The position numbers and the translations under genes are program-made. A stretch of 62,249 nt of DNA from Ignavibacteria bacterium. GTDB lineage: Bacteria > Bacteroidota > Ignavibacteria > Palsa-1295. The DNA lies in contig JABDDM010000006.1 of NCBI GenBank assembly GCA_013287605.1, positions 1 through 62,249 on the forward strand. Reading direction: 5' to 3'. Under the pieces are notes generated by a model, which saw only the letters and a program-made list of their open reading frames with translations, made no database searches and was not told the DNA's origin. Each line of letters begins with the position of its first letter. Positions within the stretch are counted from its first letter, which is position 1. Below, piece after piece: positions 19,245 through 28,704 of this stretch.

Positions 19245-20414
19245 CTAGTCGCCTAGTTTCTGCTTGATGATCGTCTCGATCGCTTCCGTTGGTCCTTCGC
19301 CGATTTTAATCCAGAGAAGTTTCTTCTCGGCATCGAGAAGATACAGCGTCGGGTAGATATAGGTATCGAATGTCTTCTCTGCGCTCCTCGCCACAACGAG
19401 GTTATCATAATTTAAGCCTTCGAACTTGACCATCCGCTCGGCAGCGTTCTGGGCATCTATTGGATCGATACCGATGATCTTCAGTCCCCTCGTTCCATAC
19501 TTCTCCTGCAGCCTCTTCAGGAATGGAAACATGTGGTGGCAAGGAGCGCAACCCGCAAACCAGAAGTCGAGAATCGTCAATTTTGCGTCGATCGAAGAGA
19601 GTCGAATTGTGTCTCCAGCGATTGTGATACCAGAAAGATCCGGCAGATCACTGCCGATCGTAAAGTGCGAAGGTGAAATGACCGTATCATCGTGTGCGGA
19701 TGTAACATCACGATAGTCAGCCGCAGCGGCTTTGAGAATCTTCATCGCCTTTCGCATTTCAGAAGAATCAGACCAGTTATACGACGCATGGATTATTGAT
19801 CGCTCTTCAGAATATGGAGCACCCCAGATGTCGTATGTCATCTTCGTGGAGATCGTCTCAGCCCGATCATTCAGGAAAACTCTCACTGCTATGTTTTTCA
19901 CATCGGAATCGCGTCGAGGGATGTGAAACGTGAGGATGAAGTGTTGATGACCGTTGACTACTTCAGAAGTGGTTTTGCGCTTAACAGAAGAATCTTCGAG
20001 TAGGGCCTTTAGTCCTGCGCCTCGCGAAACGAACGTGTAGCTGTCGAATAGCTTTATCGCTTCAAAAGCCTGTGAAACTGTGAGCGAGCGCTTGGTGTAA
20101 GTGCGCAGTTTTCGATTTGCGCTTACGTAGATGCCTGAATCAAAGAATTCAACGAAAGGTCCGCGATCGAGGATAAAGCTTGTCGCGTTCGAATCATCCA
20201 GGCCCCAGAACACAAGGATCGTTGTATCTACGCCTCTATCATTATAGGCCCCACCCTCGCTTTTCGTAACATAGCGAATGCTTCCGGAATGCAATTGCTG
20301 CAGAAACAAGAGAGCACGCAGCGCAACAGAATCGGAAGCTTGAGCCCGACCCTTAACACTTGGGATTAACAAGAGCAACGCAATGATGAACGCTCCAATA
20401 TTTCTTCGACTCAT
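19245..20414 (-). CDS. Exported TlpA/ResA-like thioredoxin with large N-terminal domain
   Basis: Signal MSRRNIGAF..GRA; LDFWFAGCAPC CxxC motif; YPTLYLLD; start overlaps the upstream stop (TGATG). Confidence 0.8.
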   Translation of the reverse strand: MSRRNIGAFIIALLLLIPSVKGRAQASDSVALRALLFLQQLHSGSIRYVTKSEGGAYNDRGVDTTILVFWGLDDSNATSFILDRGPFVEFFDSGIYVSANRKLRTYTKRSLTVSQAFEAIKLFDSYTFVSRGAGLKALLEDSSVKRKTTSEVVNGHQHFILTFHIPRRDSDVKNIAVRVFLNDRAETISTKMTYDIWGAPYSEERSIIHASYNWSDSSEMRKAMKILKAAAADYRDVTSAHDDTVISPSHFTIGSDLPDLSGITIAGDTIRLSSIDAKLTILDFWFAGCAPCHHMFPFLKRLQEKYGTRGLKIIGIDPIDAQNAAERMVKFEGLNYDNLVVARSAEKTFDTYIYPTLYLLDAEKKLLWIKIGEGPTEAIETIIKQKLGD

Positions 20415-21787
20415 CACTCCTCCACCGGTTCTCCGATATCGAGGTAGACGACCTCTTCCTTCGGGCGATACCCGATGAGCTCGGCATAACGGCCCCAATC
20501 GATGACCGTTTCGAGAAGTTCTTCCGGATCTTCATAGGGCATCCGAGCAGCATAATCCTCGATGAGGACTTCACGTGAGACTTCTCCCTGATTGTGTGCG
20601 AGCGCTTCAAGGAGCAACTGAAATGTCTTGAGTCCCCGGAGTTGCTTGTTGAGTACGGCTTTTTGGGTGTTCACGTCGGAGTGCACAAACTCGCGGCCAA
20701 GCGGGGTGACGAGCACGCTTTGTCCCGGTGTTTCCGCAAATGAGAGCAGCTCGGCTGCCTTGACGATCTGCAACGTTTCATGGAAACTGCGACTGTAGGC
20801 TTCTGCAAGGTCGCCGATACCCATCGTTCCTTCTTCCGTGAGTACGGTAAGCAAGCCCAGGATCTCCTGAAATGGGACTGCAGGAATAATTTCTACCTTG
20901 CCAATCTTCGGCTCCTCGGCAAACGGAAGCACCGTGTTCGTAATGAGCGCGTGAATTCTGTTCGAGAGATCGAGATACTCTGCAGAACGCGGATTGCGCG
21001 GATACGGCATTGGATTTACATACTCTGCTTTGATCCGGCCAGGATGTGCATCGAGCACGACAATGCGACTTGCCATCTGCACGGCTTCGTCGATGGAATG
21101 CGTGACCATCACTACCGAACTGAGCGTTCCTTCATGAGCATGGAACAGATTGAGCACTTCACTTCGAAGATTCTCTGCAGTGAGTGCATCGAGCGCACTG
21201 AACGGTTCATCCATGCAAAGAATCTTCGGCTCTACGACAAGCGCACGCGCAAGACCGACGCGCTGCTTCATGCCACCCGAAAGTTCTTTCGGATATGCTT
21301 CTTCAAATCCTTCGAGACCAACGGCATCAACAGCATTTTTTACCTTCTCACGAATTTCCTCTCGCGGCATCTTAAGCGCATCGAGTCCAAGAGCGATGTT
21401 CTCCTGCACCGTAAGCCACGGCAGAAGCGCGAACGACTGGAAAACGAAGGCTGTATAGGGATTGAAGTCGTGCAGCGGCTTCCCATCGATTGTCACTGTG
21501 CCGACTGTCGGCTTCAACAATCCTGTCATAATTCTCAGGATGGTTGACTTCCCGCAACCCGATGCGCCGAGAATACACAGGAACTCGTTCTCGGCAACAT
21601 CAAGCGTAATGCGTTCAAGCACCGGTAACGGCTTGCCGTTCGGCGCCGTAAACGTCATGCTTATCTCGCGCAGTTCTACAAGTTCCTTACCCGGCAGCGG
21701 CGCGATGTTCGTCTTCGGCTCGCGAGGGCGATGCAGCGGCGCTGAAGCAGGTGCTGCGGATGTGGTGCTATGGATATCGTTCAACAT
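20414..21787 (-). CDS. NitT/TauT-type ABC ATPase with C-terminal AAA-associated extension
   Basis: GASGCGKST, LSGGMKQR, MDEPFSALD, VTHS; C-terminal IDWGRYAEL. Confidence 0.92.
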   Translation of the reverse strand: MLNDIHSTTSAAPASAPLHRPREPKTNIAPLPGKELVELREISMTFTAPNGKPLPVLERITLDVAENEFLCILGASGCGKSTILRIMTGLLKPTVGTVTIDGKPLHDFNPYTAFVFQSFALLPWLTVQENIALGLDALKMPREEIREKVKNAVDAVGLEGFEEAYPKELSGGMKQRVGLARALVVEPKILCMDEPFSALDALTAENLRSEVLNLFHAHEGTLSSVVMVTHSIDEAVQMASRIVVLDAHPGRIKAEYVNPMPYPRNPRSAEYLDLSNRIHALITNTVLPFAEEPKIGKVEIIPAVPFQEILGLLTVLTEEGTMGIGDLAEAYSRSFHETLQIVKAAELLSFAETPGQSVLVTPLGREFVHSDVNTQKAVLNKQLRGLKTFQLLLEALAHNQGEVSREVLIEDYAARMPYEDPEELLETVIDWGRYAELIGYRPKEEVVYLDIGEPVEE

Positions 21788-21798
21788 GATTGATCTTC

Positions 21799-23553
21799 TT
21801 ATGTGTTGAGCGCATATCTATCCTGCGCGATTACATAAAGCCTGCGCCAGATGGATTTGTTGATGCTTACGACGACAACGCACATCGTGAGCACGCTCGC
21901 CCCAAGCAGGGCGTAATCGCCATGAACTGTCGCCAGTGAAATGAGTGATCCCAATCCATGTGCCACGAGCGTTTTCCCATTGTATGGAATATACTCAGCG
22001 ACGATGCTAGCATTCCACGCCCCACCGGCTGCGGTTACTGCTCCAGTGATGATCGACGGAAACAGCGACGGCAAAATGAGCTTTTTCCACCTCGTTTTTC
22101 GAGGCACATCATAACTAGCAAACAACTCGCGCAAGTCAGTCGGAATTGCGCTTGCACCCGCGATGACATTAAAAAGCATGTACCACTGGGTGCCGAGCAG
22201 CATGAGCACGATCGCGCCAATCTCGATTGAAACATTCAGCTTGGCTAAAACGAGCAGCACGATCGGAAAAAGCATCGGTGCCGGAAAGCTCGCCATGAAC
22301 TGAATGACCGGCTGCATCCGGTGCGATAACTTTGCATTCATGCCTATAACAGCGCCCACTGGCACCGCCCACAGTGCTCCTAATCCAACTGCAAGTGTCG
22401 TACGTAAAAGCGTCAGTCCTGTGCCACCCAGGATCGAAGCCCAATCGGAACTGTCCAGACTGGTCGTGAAGAGCATGACAAGCTTGAAGATTCCGTACGC
22501 AATGAGTGTAAGTACGACAACAGCCACGACTGCACCGAGGATCTTTGAAAGCAATGTACGATCAGTCGCCACATCGCTTCGAAATGCTTTATCGACCACT
22601 GCTTCGCGTTTGGCTTCGAAGATATGCACTTGCTCATCGAGCGTAGCTTTCTTTCGACGGAAGATCTTTTTGCCAAGATATTCAAGCATGTTGGAATTGC
22701 GCAGCACATTCAGCACGATCGAATTCTCGTCGATATCTTCGCTCAGTTCTTCCATCCTGAACTTGCGGCTCCAAATAACGAGCGGCTTCCAGAGCACGCG
22801 ATCGAGGAAGATGATCATGGCACCCATTGCAACGACTGCGCCGATCATCGCAGGTACATTCCCTTGCGAGATCGCGACACTCATGTAGCTTCCGATTCCA
22901 GGCAAGCGAAAATCTTTGTCGCCCAATGTAAACGCTTCGGTGATGGTCAGAAAGAACCATCCGCCTGCCATCGACATCATTGAATTCCAAACAAGCGGGA
23001 TTGCGCTCGATGGAAGTTCCAGTTTAAGAAGGGTCTCCTTCTTACTTAAATAAAAACTGCGAGAGGCATCGCGTAGATCGTTGGGAATGGCTCGCAATGA
23101 GTGATAGAATGCGAACGTCATGTTCCAGACCTGACCCGTAAAGATCATAAGGACGCAAGCTAGTTCGAGTCCTACATTCGTCTTGGGGAAGAATGCAATC
23201 AGTGCGAGAACAAGCGCCGGCAAGAAGCCAAGAACAGGAATACTCTGCAGCACGTCCAGCAATGGGAGCATCACTTTCTCTGCCCGAGCCGAGTGCGCCA
23301 TTACATAGCCATATCCGATTGTGAAGATCAGTGAGATCATATACGCAACCAGCCCGCGGCTCAATGAGTAAAGGGTGTAGAGCGGTAGATATCTAAAATT
23401 GGTATGGATCTCGACCGATGGCTGGAGATGGGCGCTCCACTCGTGGGAGACGAGTATTAGCCAATAAATGAGTCCACATAGTGCGCCAAGGACGGCGAGG
23501 TCGGCGATACTGACACGGCGGGGCAGATTAATCAGGTTCCGGACAATGCTCAT
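21799..23553 (-). CDS. ABC transporter permease with duplicated membrane domains (NitT/TauT type)
   Basis: Two permease halves: LDVLQSIPVLGF..WNSMMSMAGGWFFL and QFMASFPAP..AGGAWNASIVAEY. Confidence 0.9.
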   Translation of the reverse strand: MSIVRNLINLPRRVSIADLAVLGALCGLIYWLILVSHEWSAHLQPSVEIHTNFRYLPLYTLYSLSRGLVAYMISLIFTIGYGYVMAHSARAEKVMLPLLDVLQSIPVLGFLPALVLALIAFFPKTNVGLELACVLMIFTGQVWNMTFAFYHSLRAIPNDLRDASRSFYLSKKETLLKLELPSSAIPLVWNSMMSMAGGWFFLTITEAFTLGDKDFRLPGIGSYMSVAISQGNVPAMIGAVVAMGAMIIFLDRVLWKPLVIWSRKFRMEELSEDIDENSIVLNVLRNSNMLEYLGKKIFRRKKATLDEQVHIFEAKREAVVDKAFRSDVATDRTLLSKILGAVVAVVVLTLIAYGIFKLVMLFTTSLDSSDWASILGGTGLTLLRTTLAVGLGALWAVPVGAVIGMNAKLSHRMQPVIQFMASFPAPMLFPIVLLVLAKLNVSIEIGAIVLMLLGTQWYMLFNVIAGASAIPTDLRELFASYDVPRKTRWKKLILPSLFPSIITGAVTAAGGAWNASIVAEYIPYNGKTLVAHGLGSLISLATVHGDYALLGASVLTMCVVVVSINKSIWRRLYVIAQDRYALNT

Positions 23554-23600
23554 CCCTCGTCCCTCCTTTCCGTTTTATGCTCGATAGCGTGAATGATTAT

Positions 23601-23635
23601 AAAAAAATAGTGACCCTGTGTATGGCAGGGTCACT
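23601..23635 (-). terminator. Intrinsic terminator after ccmF
   Basis: AGTGACCCTG/CAGGGTCACT stem with an A7 tract on the left (U tract on the minus strand). Confidence 0.8.
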
Positions 23636-23665
23636 GGCAACATTTCGCTCGCTGATTGAATCCCC

Positions 23666-26290
23666 TTAGCCGCGTTGTTTTTTCGTTAGCTTCGACGAGC
23701 TGGTCTTTTGGGACACCACTGGTCCGTGCGCTTCCGCAAGGGGCGAAGCATGGGATGTCAGACGTGCATACTGCACTTCCGCCCGCTCGATCGCTACGAG
23801 TGCCTCGCGCCGACGCCGGAACATCGAGAAGCCAAATCCAACAACAAGGATCAGAATACCTGCCCAGACAAAATTGATGTAGGGCTTAACAAATGCTTCG
23901 ACAGTGATGAATTCGCGTTCTGCCGGAGGCGGATTCTTCGCATCAAAATATCGCAGCACGACTCGGCTCTTCGCTGGCGCTGTCATGTTCGGCATGAGCT
24001 GCGCAAGCTGCACGTGATAGCTTGTACCGGGGATAACTACATCCGCCTCTACCGCACTGTCTGATGCAAGATTTCTGACGACAGAAAGCGTCAGAACCTG
24101 CGGTCTGGCGGTATCGGTTGTGAGCAACCGTGCCTCGACAGTTGCCTTCACTCGAAAATCCTGCTGCGCACGCATCTTCTGCTTCTCTTCGTCAGGGAAA
24201 TCGAAGTCGATGAACTTGATCTCCTCTTTGCCGTCGAATGCTTTGATCGACTGCATCTTGCCTAGCGTATCTCGTGGAACGCCGCCAGACATATCAACAC
24301 CATAGCATGTGAAATACAAATCTTTCGATGCGTATTTTAAAATGCTTGGATTGATGAACGGTGACTGCCGTTTATTGAAATCGCTCAAATACATGAGCGG
24401 TGCTGCGGTGCCGATATGCCCCTTCTTATCGGCAACATCAATAATGAAATTCGTGTGGTCAACTTCCGAAGTTGTGGCGCCTTTCCAGGTGAGCGTATAC
24501 TGTCCACCGAACGCCTTCACGGGTTCGTTCATATACATATGCTCGATCTCGTGTTTCGAGTAACGTGCGGTGACGATCACACCGATCAAAAAGATCGCAA
24601 CTCCCATATGCGCCACATACGCACCGAGAAATTTCGTATCGAACGTAAACCGCGGATAACCTAATGTTACGAAGAGTGAGATCGCGATCGCAAGCAGGAT
24701 CAACGCATAGGGACCGTACTCGACGATCGCATTTGCAAAAAGATTATAGTCACCCGCTGTGCCGACGAGCAGCGCAAGAATGCTAACACCAAATGTGAGC
24801 CAGATTCCGGTCCGGACCCTCTTCCAGTAATCGAGCTTTGAGACAGCCTCACGCGAGAACTCAACGCTCCATTTTCCCTTAAAAACTTGCCAACCGATCT
24901 CAAGATTGACGAACAACGCAAAGAACGCCGCTGCAAGCATCCCGAGGAATTTCGGATCGCGCAAGCCGAAGGCAAATGCAGCAATTGAAGCGATAACCGT
25001 CCCGACAAACGCGAACCCAGCCCGCTTCAGCATCTCCTGCGTATTGGATTGCTTCCACTTCAAGAGAAGTGAAAGTCCATTAACCAGCATCAGCACGATG
25101 GCGATCGGGATGTGCAGATTGTTGTAAAAATCGTTATCGACCTTCTTTGAAACGAGCGGAGCACTCGTTCCAATAAAGACCACGAGCGCACTTGCGCCAA
25201 GCACAGCAGCACCAATTGCAAGAGCTGTCTCGCGCGAAAGCAGTTTGTAGTCCTGCCCAATTATACGCATATGCTTCCAGCGCGTAAAGAAGAGAACTAT
25301 CGGGGCGCCGATGAATACAACAAGCGCAACTTCGAGTAACGCTGTTACGAGATTTCCAGGATCCGCGAACGAATGCACGGATGCATCCCCTAGAATTCCT
25401 GAGCGGGTGAGATACGACGCATATAGGACAAGCGCATAAGCCAGCAATGTCATCGCGATGTTCGTGCGAACAAGCCCTCCTGTTCGTCGCTGCGTTAGCA
25501 TCGTATGGACTCCGGCGAGCGTAATCAGCCAAGGCAAGAGACTCGCATTTTCGACCGGATCCCACCCCCAGTAACCGCCCCATCCAAGGGTTTCATATGC
25601 CCAGAACCCTCCGAGCATAATGCCGAAGCCAAGTACCATCGCCGCACCGAGTGTCCACGGCATGGAAGTCGAGATCCAGCCCTGATAATCGCGCTTTAAC
25701 AATCCCGCGATAGCAAATGCAAATGGCACAGCCAGCAGCGAGAAACCGAGAAAGAGCATCGGTGGATGAATCACGATCCACAAGTTCTGTAGCGTCGGAT
25801 TCAGACCCTTCCCATCAAGCGGAATGAACCCTGCTGGCGCTTCGCCGGGGTGTGCAGAGTAGATCGTTTGGAACGGACTCTTTGCGACAAGCATGATCGC
25901 CAGAAATGCAAGGATCGACATGAACACTGCCATTACGTGCGCTTCGTAGCGCTGCCGGGCAGCGTAGGTCATCAGGAAGATCGCAATGAGCGAAGTCCAG
26001 ACAGCCCAGAGCATGAAGCTTCCTTCCTGGCTTGCGTAGAAAGTCGAAAACAACAGTGGTTTCGAGAGCGAAAGCGCGGTATGCTCGTATACGTAATTGA
26101 TCTCGAAGTGATGATTGAAGATATAGTAAAGCAGTACTCCAGCCGAGGTGAAGACACCGAGAATCGCGGTATGCGTCGCTGTGCGCGCGGCAGTAAGGAG
26201 TTCGCCTCGCCCGCGAGCGACGAGCGTATAGAGCAGCACAGCAGCCAGCGCAGCTGTGAGCGTGATTGCCATCGCGATACTACCAATCAT
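23666..26290 (-). CDS. ccmF: Cytochrome c heme lyase CcmF
   Basis: ASQEGSFMLW, GLNPTLQN..IHPP, WAYETLGWGGYWGWDPVENASL, RSG..SVHSF, AHMG, KPYINFVW. Confidence 0.95.
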   Translation of the reverse strand: MIGSIAMAITLTAALAAVLLYTLVARGRGELLTAARTATHTAILGVFTSAGVLLYYIFNHHFEINYVYEHTALSLSKPLLFSTFYASQEGSFMLWAVWTSLIAIFLMTYAARQRYEAHVMAVFMSILAFLAIMLVAKSPFQTIYSAHPGEAPAGFIPLDGKGLNPTLQNLWIVIHPPMLFLGFSLLAVPFAFAIAGLLKRDYQGWISTSMPWTLGAAMVLGFGIMLGGFWAYETLGWGGYWGWDPVENASLLPWLITLAGVHTMLTQRRTGGLVRTNIAMTLLAYALVLYASYLTRSGILGDASVHSFADPGNLVTALLEVALVVFIGAPIVLFFTRWKHMRIIGQDYKLLSRETALAIGAAVLGASALVVFIGTSAPLVSKKVDNDFYNNLHIPIAIVLMLVNGLSLLLKWKQSNTQEMLKRAGFAFVGTVIASIAAFAFGLRDPKFLGMLAAAFFALFVNLEIGWQVFKGKWSVEFSREAVSKLDYWKRVRTGIWLTFGVSILALLVGTAGDYNLFANAIVEYGPYALILLAIAISLFVTLGYPRFTFDTKFLGAYVAHMGVAIFLIGVIVTARYSKHEIEHMYMNEPVKAFGGQYTLTWKGATTSEVDHTNFIIDVADKKGHIGTAAPLMYLSDFNKRQSPFINPSILKYASKDLYFTCYGVDMSGGVPRDTLGKMQSIKAFDGKEEIKFIDFDFPDEEKQKMRAQQDFRVKATVEARLLTTDTARPQVLTLSVVRNLASDSAVEADVVIPGTSYHVQLAQLMPNMTAPAKSRVVLRYFDAKNPPPAEREFITVEAFVKPYINFVWAGILILVVGFGFSMFRRRREALVAIERAEVQYARLTSHASPLAEAHGPVVSQKTSSSKLTKKQRG

Positions 26291-26341
26291 AAGCTCTTAA
26301 AATAGTTATTGACGTACTTGGGAGGAGACGAGTGACGAAAC

Positions 26342-26779
26342 CTAATACATCGAACTTGAAGTAGGTTGGTCCGATTGCGGTGCAGCATTTTCACTCGGAG
26401 AAGTCTGCATCTTTCCGGAGCCTTCATAGCGCGAAGGGCATTTCGTCTGAATATCGGTGACCGCAAACGTCCCGCCTTCTACTTTCCCTACACATACAAC
26501 ACTCGGAGCCATCTCGAAGTTATTCGGCTTCATGCCCGAATAGCTCACGGGCATTTCGATGCCTTTGTGGTCCTTCATGACAAACGTGAACTGATTTGCC
26601 TTTGCATCGTAATGTGCGCCTTTTTCTTTCACCCAGGTACCTGAGATCTGGGCGCGCTTACCCGTATGTTGCGCATTCTGGAAATCGGAATAATCGATTT
26701 TGTTATCGACGAGCGTAAACGCGGCAACTCCGATAAACACGAGAGCGACGACGAGAGCGACAATATGCTTTGGCTTCAT
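26342..26779 (-). CDS. ccmE: Heme chaperone CcmE, CxxxY variant
   Basis: N-terminal anchor, VSYSGMKPNNF, TKCPSRY in place of HxxxY. Confidence 0.92.
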   Translation of the reverse strand: MKPKHIVALVVALVFIGVAAFTLVDNKIDYSDFQNAQHTGKRAQISGTWVKEKGAHYDAKANQFTFVMKDHKGIEMPVSYSGMKPNNFEMAPSVVCVGKVEGGTFAVTDIQTKCPSRYEGSGKMQTSPSENAAPQSDQPTSSSMY

Positions 26780-26867
26780 TGCGAGATAGGTTTCTTATAC
26801 GCCAAAACAGGAGGAAATTTCACTTGGTTCGGTAGGGAATGTCAGGCTTGGACTCCGGGAAAAGCCT

Positions 26868-27002
26868 TCAAAGTCGAGCTTTAGTGCGCTCGAGCTTCTT
26901 TACCCTTCGCTCGATGCCAAGCATGAAAAAGAAAATACCCAGCCAAACGACCGATCCGATGATCGCTACTACATAGAGCGGATGCTGTTCAAGAAATTCC
27001 AT
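26868..27002 (-). CDS. ccmD: CcmD-like small membrane protein (44 aa)
   Basis: Not in the ORF track. Manual translation MEFLEQHPLYVVAIIGSVVWLGIFFFMLGIERRVKKLERTKARL: one TM plus basic tail, between ccmC and ccmE. Confidence 0.8.
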   Translation of the reverse strand: MEFLEQHPLYVVAIIGSVVWLGIFFFMLGIERRVKKLERTKARL

Positions 27003-27008
27003 AGTGCG

Positions 27009-27986
27009 TTAATTTTCGGTTGTTTCTTCCATGGCGAGTACGCGTGCGAAGAGATCTTTCATCCACAAGAACAAGAGCACGAACAGCAGCACCATGATCC
27101 AGTGCATGTTGAGCAATGCGGGATCAGTGTGTACAGGCGTCGATGATGTATTGATAATAGGCGCCTCCCCCCCACCACCTCCCGGATGCAAACTTTGCTT
27201 GATCCGAGGTATGACGAACATCAGGAAGGGCACGCTGACGAAGGCAACGATATTATACACCGCCGCAATGCGTGCTTTCTTTTCCTCGCTCTCTTCAAGC
27301 AAGGAGCGCAAGATGAAATACGCGACGTAGATCAAGAGTAAAACAAAAATCGAAACTTCGCGCGGGTCCCAGTTCCAGAAGGTACCCCAGCTAAAGCGAG
27401 CCCAGATGCTTCCTGTGATCGTCGCAAGAAGGGTAAAGAGCAATCCTGCTGCCGAAGCCGCACGAGCTGAGCGATCATAGCCTGGACGCTTTTTGATAAG
27501 ATAAAGAATCGAGTAAATCGTACCTATAAGAAAGGCAAGAAACGCGGTCATCGACATCGGCACATGAAAGAGCATGTTCCGCCCAAGTTCGCCCAATCCC
27601 GGGATAAAATCGAATGTCATTACCGGATCGACGCGCTCGATCGGCCCCAACACATAGGTACGTTCAGCAGGTATATATTCGACTTGCGCCACGAAACTAC
27701 TTCCTGGCTTAACGCCTGCTTCTTCGATTTGCGATTTGCTAGCAATACGTACAACCTGTCTTGTGCCATACCGATCGGTTGCAATGATATGCGGCCCTCC
27801 AAGAGTATCGAAGGCAGATCGATCTAGCTTCAATAGTACGGGTATTGAGTTCGCTGTCCCATTCATTTTGAATGTGACAACATCTCCAAAGTTGCCGACG
27901 ACAGGAGTAGCAAGCGAGAAATACACTGCCACTGTCATCGCTGCGGCAAGAAAAAAGAGAAACGGATAGGACCGTATAATCTTCAT
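27009..27986 (-). CDS. ccmC: Heme exporter protein CcmC
   Basis: FHVPM, WWD motif TGSIWARFSWGTFWNWDPRE, QSLHP. Confidence 0.92.
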   Translation of the reverse strand: MKIIRSYPFLFFLAAAMTVAVYFSLATPVVGNFGDVVTFKMNGTANSIPVLLKLDRSAFDTLGGPHIIATDRYGTRQVVRIASKSQIEEAGVKPGSSFVAQVEYIPAERTYVLGPIERVDPVMTFDFIPGLGELGRNMLFHVPMSMTAFLAFLIGTIYSILYLIKKRPGYDRSARAASAAGLLFTLLATITGSIWARFSWGTFWNWDPREVSIFVLLLIYVAYFILRSLLEESEEKKARIAAVYNIVAFVSVPFLMFVIPRIKQSLHPGGGGGEAPIINTSSTPVHTDPALLNMHWIMVLLFVLLFLWMKDLFARVLAMEETTEN

Positions 27987-28001
27987 GCGTTGATTGTTGA
28001 A

Positions 28002-28670
28002 TCAGTCCTTCCAGATAACATCAAACAGAACATAGCTGACGAGCGTAATCGCCACGTCAAACGATAAAAGGATCAAAATATTCTCTCGAATCCCGTCCCA
28101 GGAGTTTGCAACTTCAAGTGTGATGCGGGTGGCATCAGTCGTAGCGATCACAAGCGGCATTAATACTGGCAAGGCGAGGACGGGAAGCAAGGCGCCCTTT
28201 TGTACCGCACGTCCGATGATGGCAGAGAGGATCGTCGAAACAGAAGCAATTCCTGTTGCTCCAAGTACGAGCTGTAATAGGAACATCGGCCAGTCCTTGA
28301 CGGCAAAATCGCGAAAGAAAAAAAGAAAGGCAAGAACACTCACCAGGGCAAGACTGAGCATCATCGCCAGATTAAAGAGAAACTTTCCGATAAAGATGGA
28401 GTCGCTCGGTGCATACACCCGCAGTAGGAACGCCGTGCCTCGCTCTTCTTCTGCAATGAAGCTGCGCGCAAGGCCCGTCATACCGCCAAAAAAGAGTGCG
28501 ATCCAAAAGAACGCGCTCAGTATGCTAGATGAGAGTTGCTCGCCAGGCGTCGAAAACGCGATCACAGCGACTGTCACCAACAGGAACATCACGACCGCGC
28601 TCACGCCAAAGCGCGTGCGAAATTCGATCGTGAAATCCTTGCGTAACAGTGCAGTAGCCGTTGAGGGCAT
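28002..28670 (-). CDS. ccmB: Heme exporter protein CcmB
   Basis: LLRKDFTIEFR, SFIAEEERGT, LLPVLALPVLMPLVI. Confidence 0.9.
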   Translation of the reverse strand: MPSTATALLRKDFTIEFRTRFGVSAVVMFLLVTVAVIAFSTPGEQLSSSILSAFFWIALFFGGMTGLARSFIAEEERGTAFLLRVYAPSDSIFIGKFLFNLAMMLSLALVSVLAFLFFFRDFAVKDWPMFLLQLVLGATGIASVSTILSAIIGRAVQKGALLPVLALPVLMPLVIATTDATRITLEVANSWDGIRENILILLSFDVAITLVSYVLFDVIWKD

Positions 28671-28704
28671 GTTCAACTGTTGATGTTCAACTAGTTAAGA
28701 GGAC

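Noticed and set aside
23554-23600. Riboswitch upstream of the ABC permease
   Set aside because: Only about 45 nt between terminator and start; no aptamer consensus recognised.
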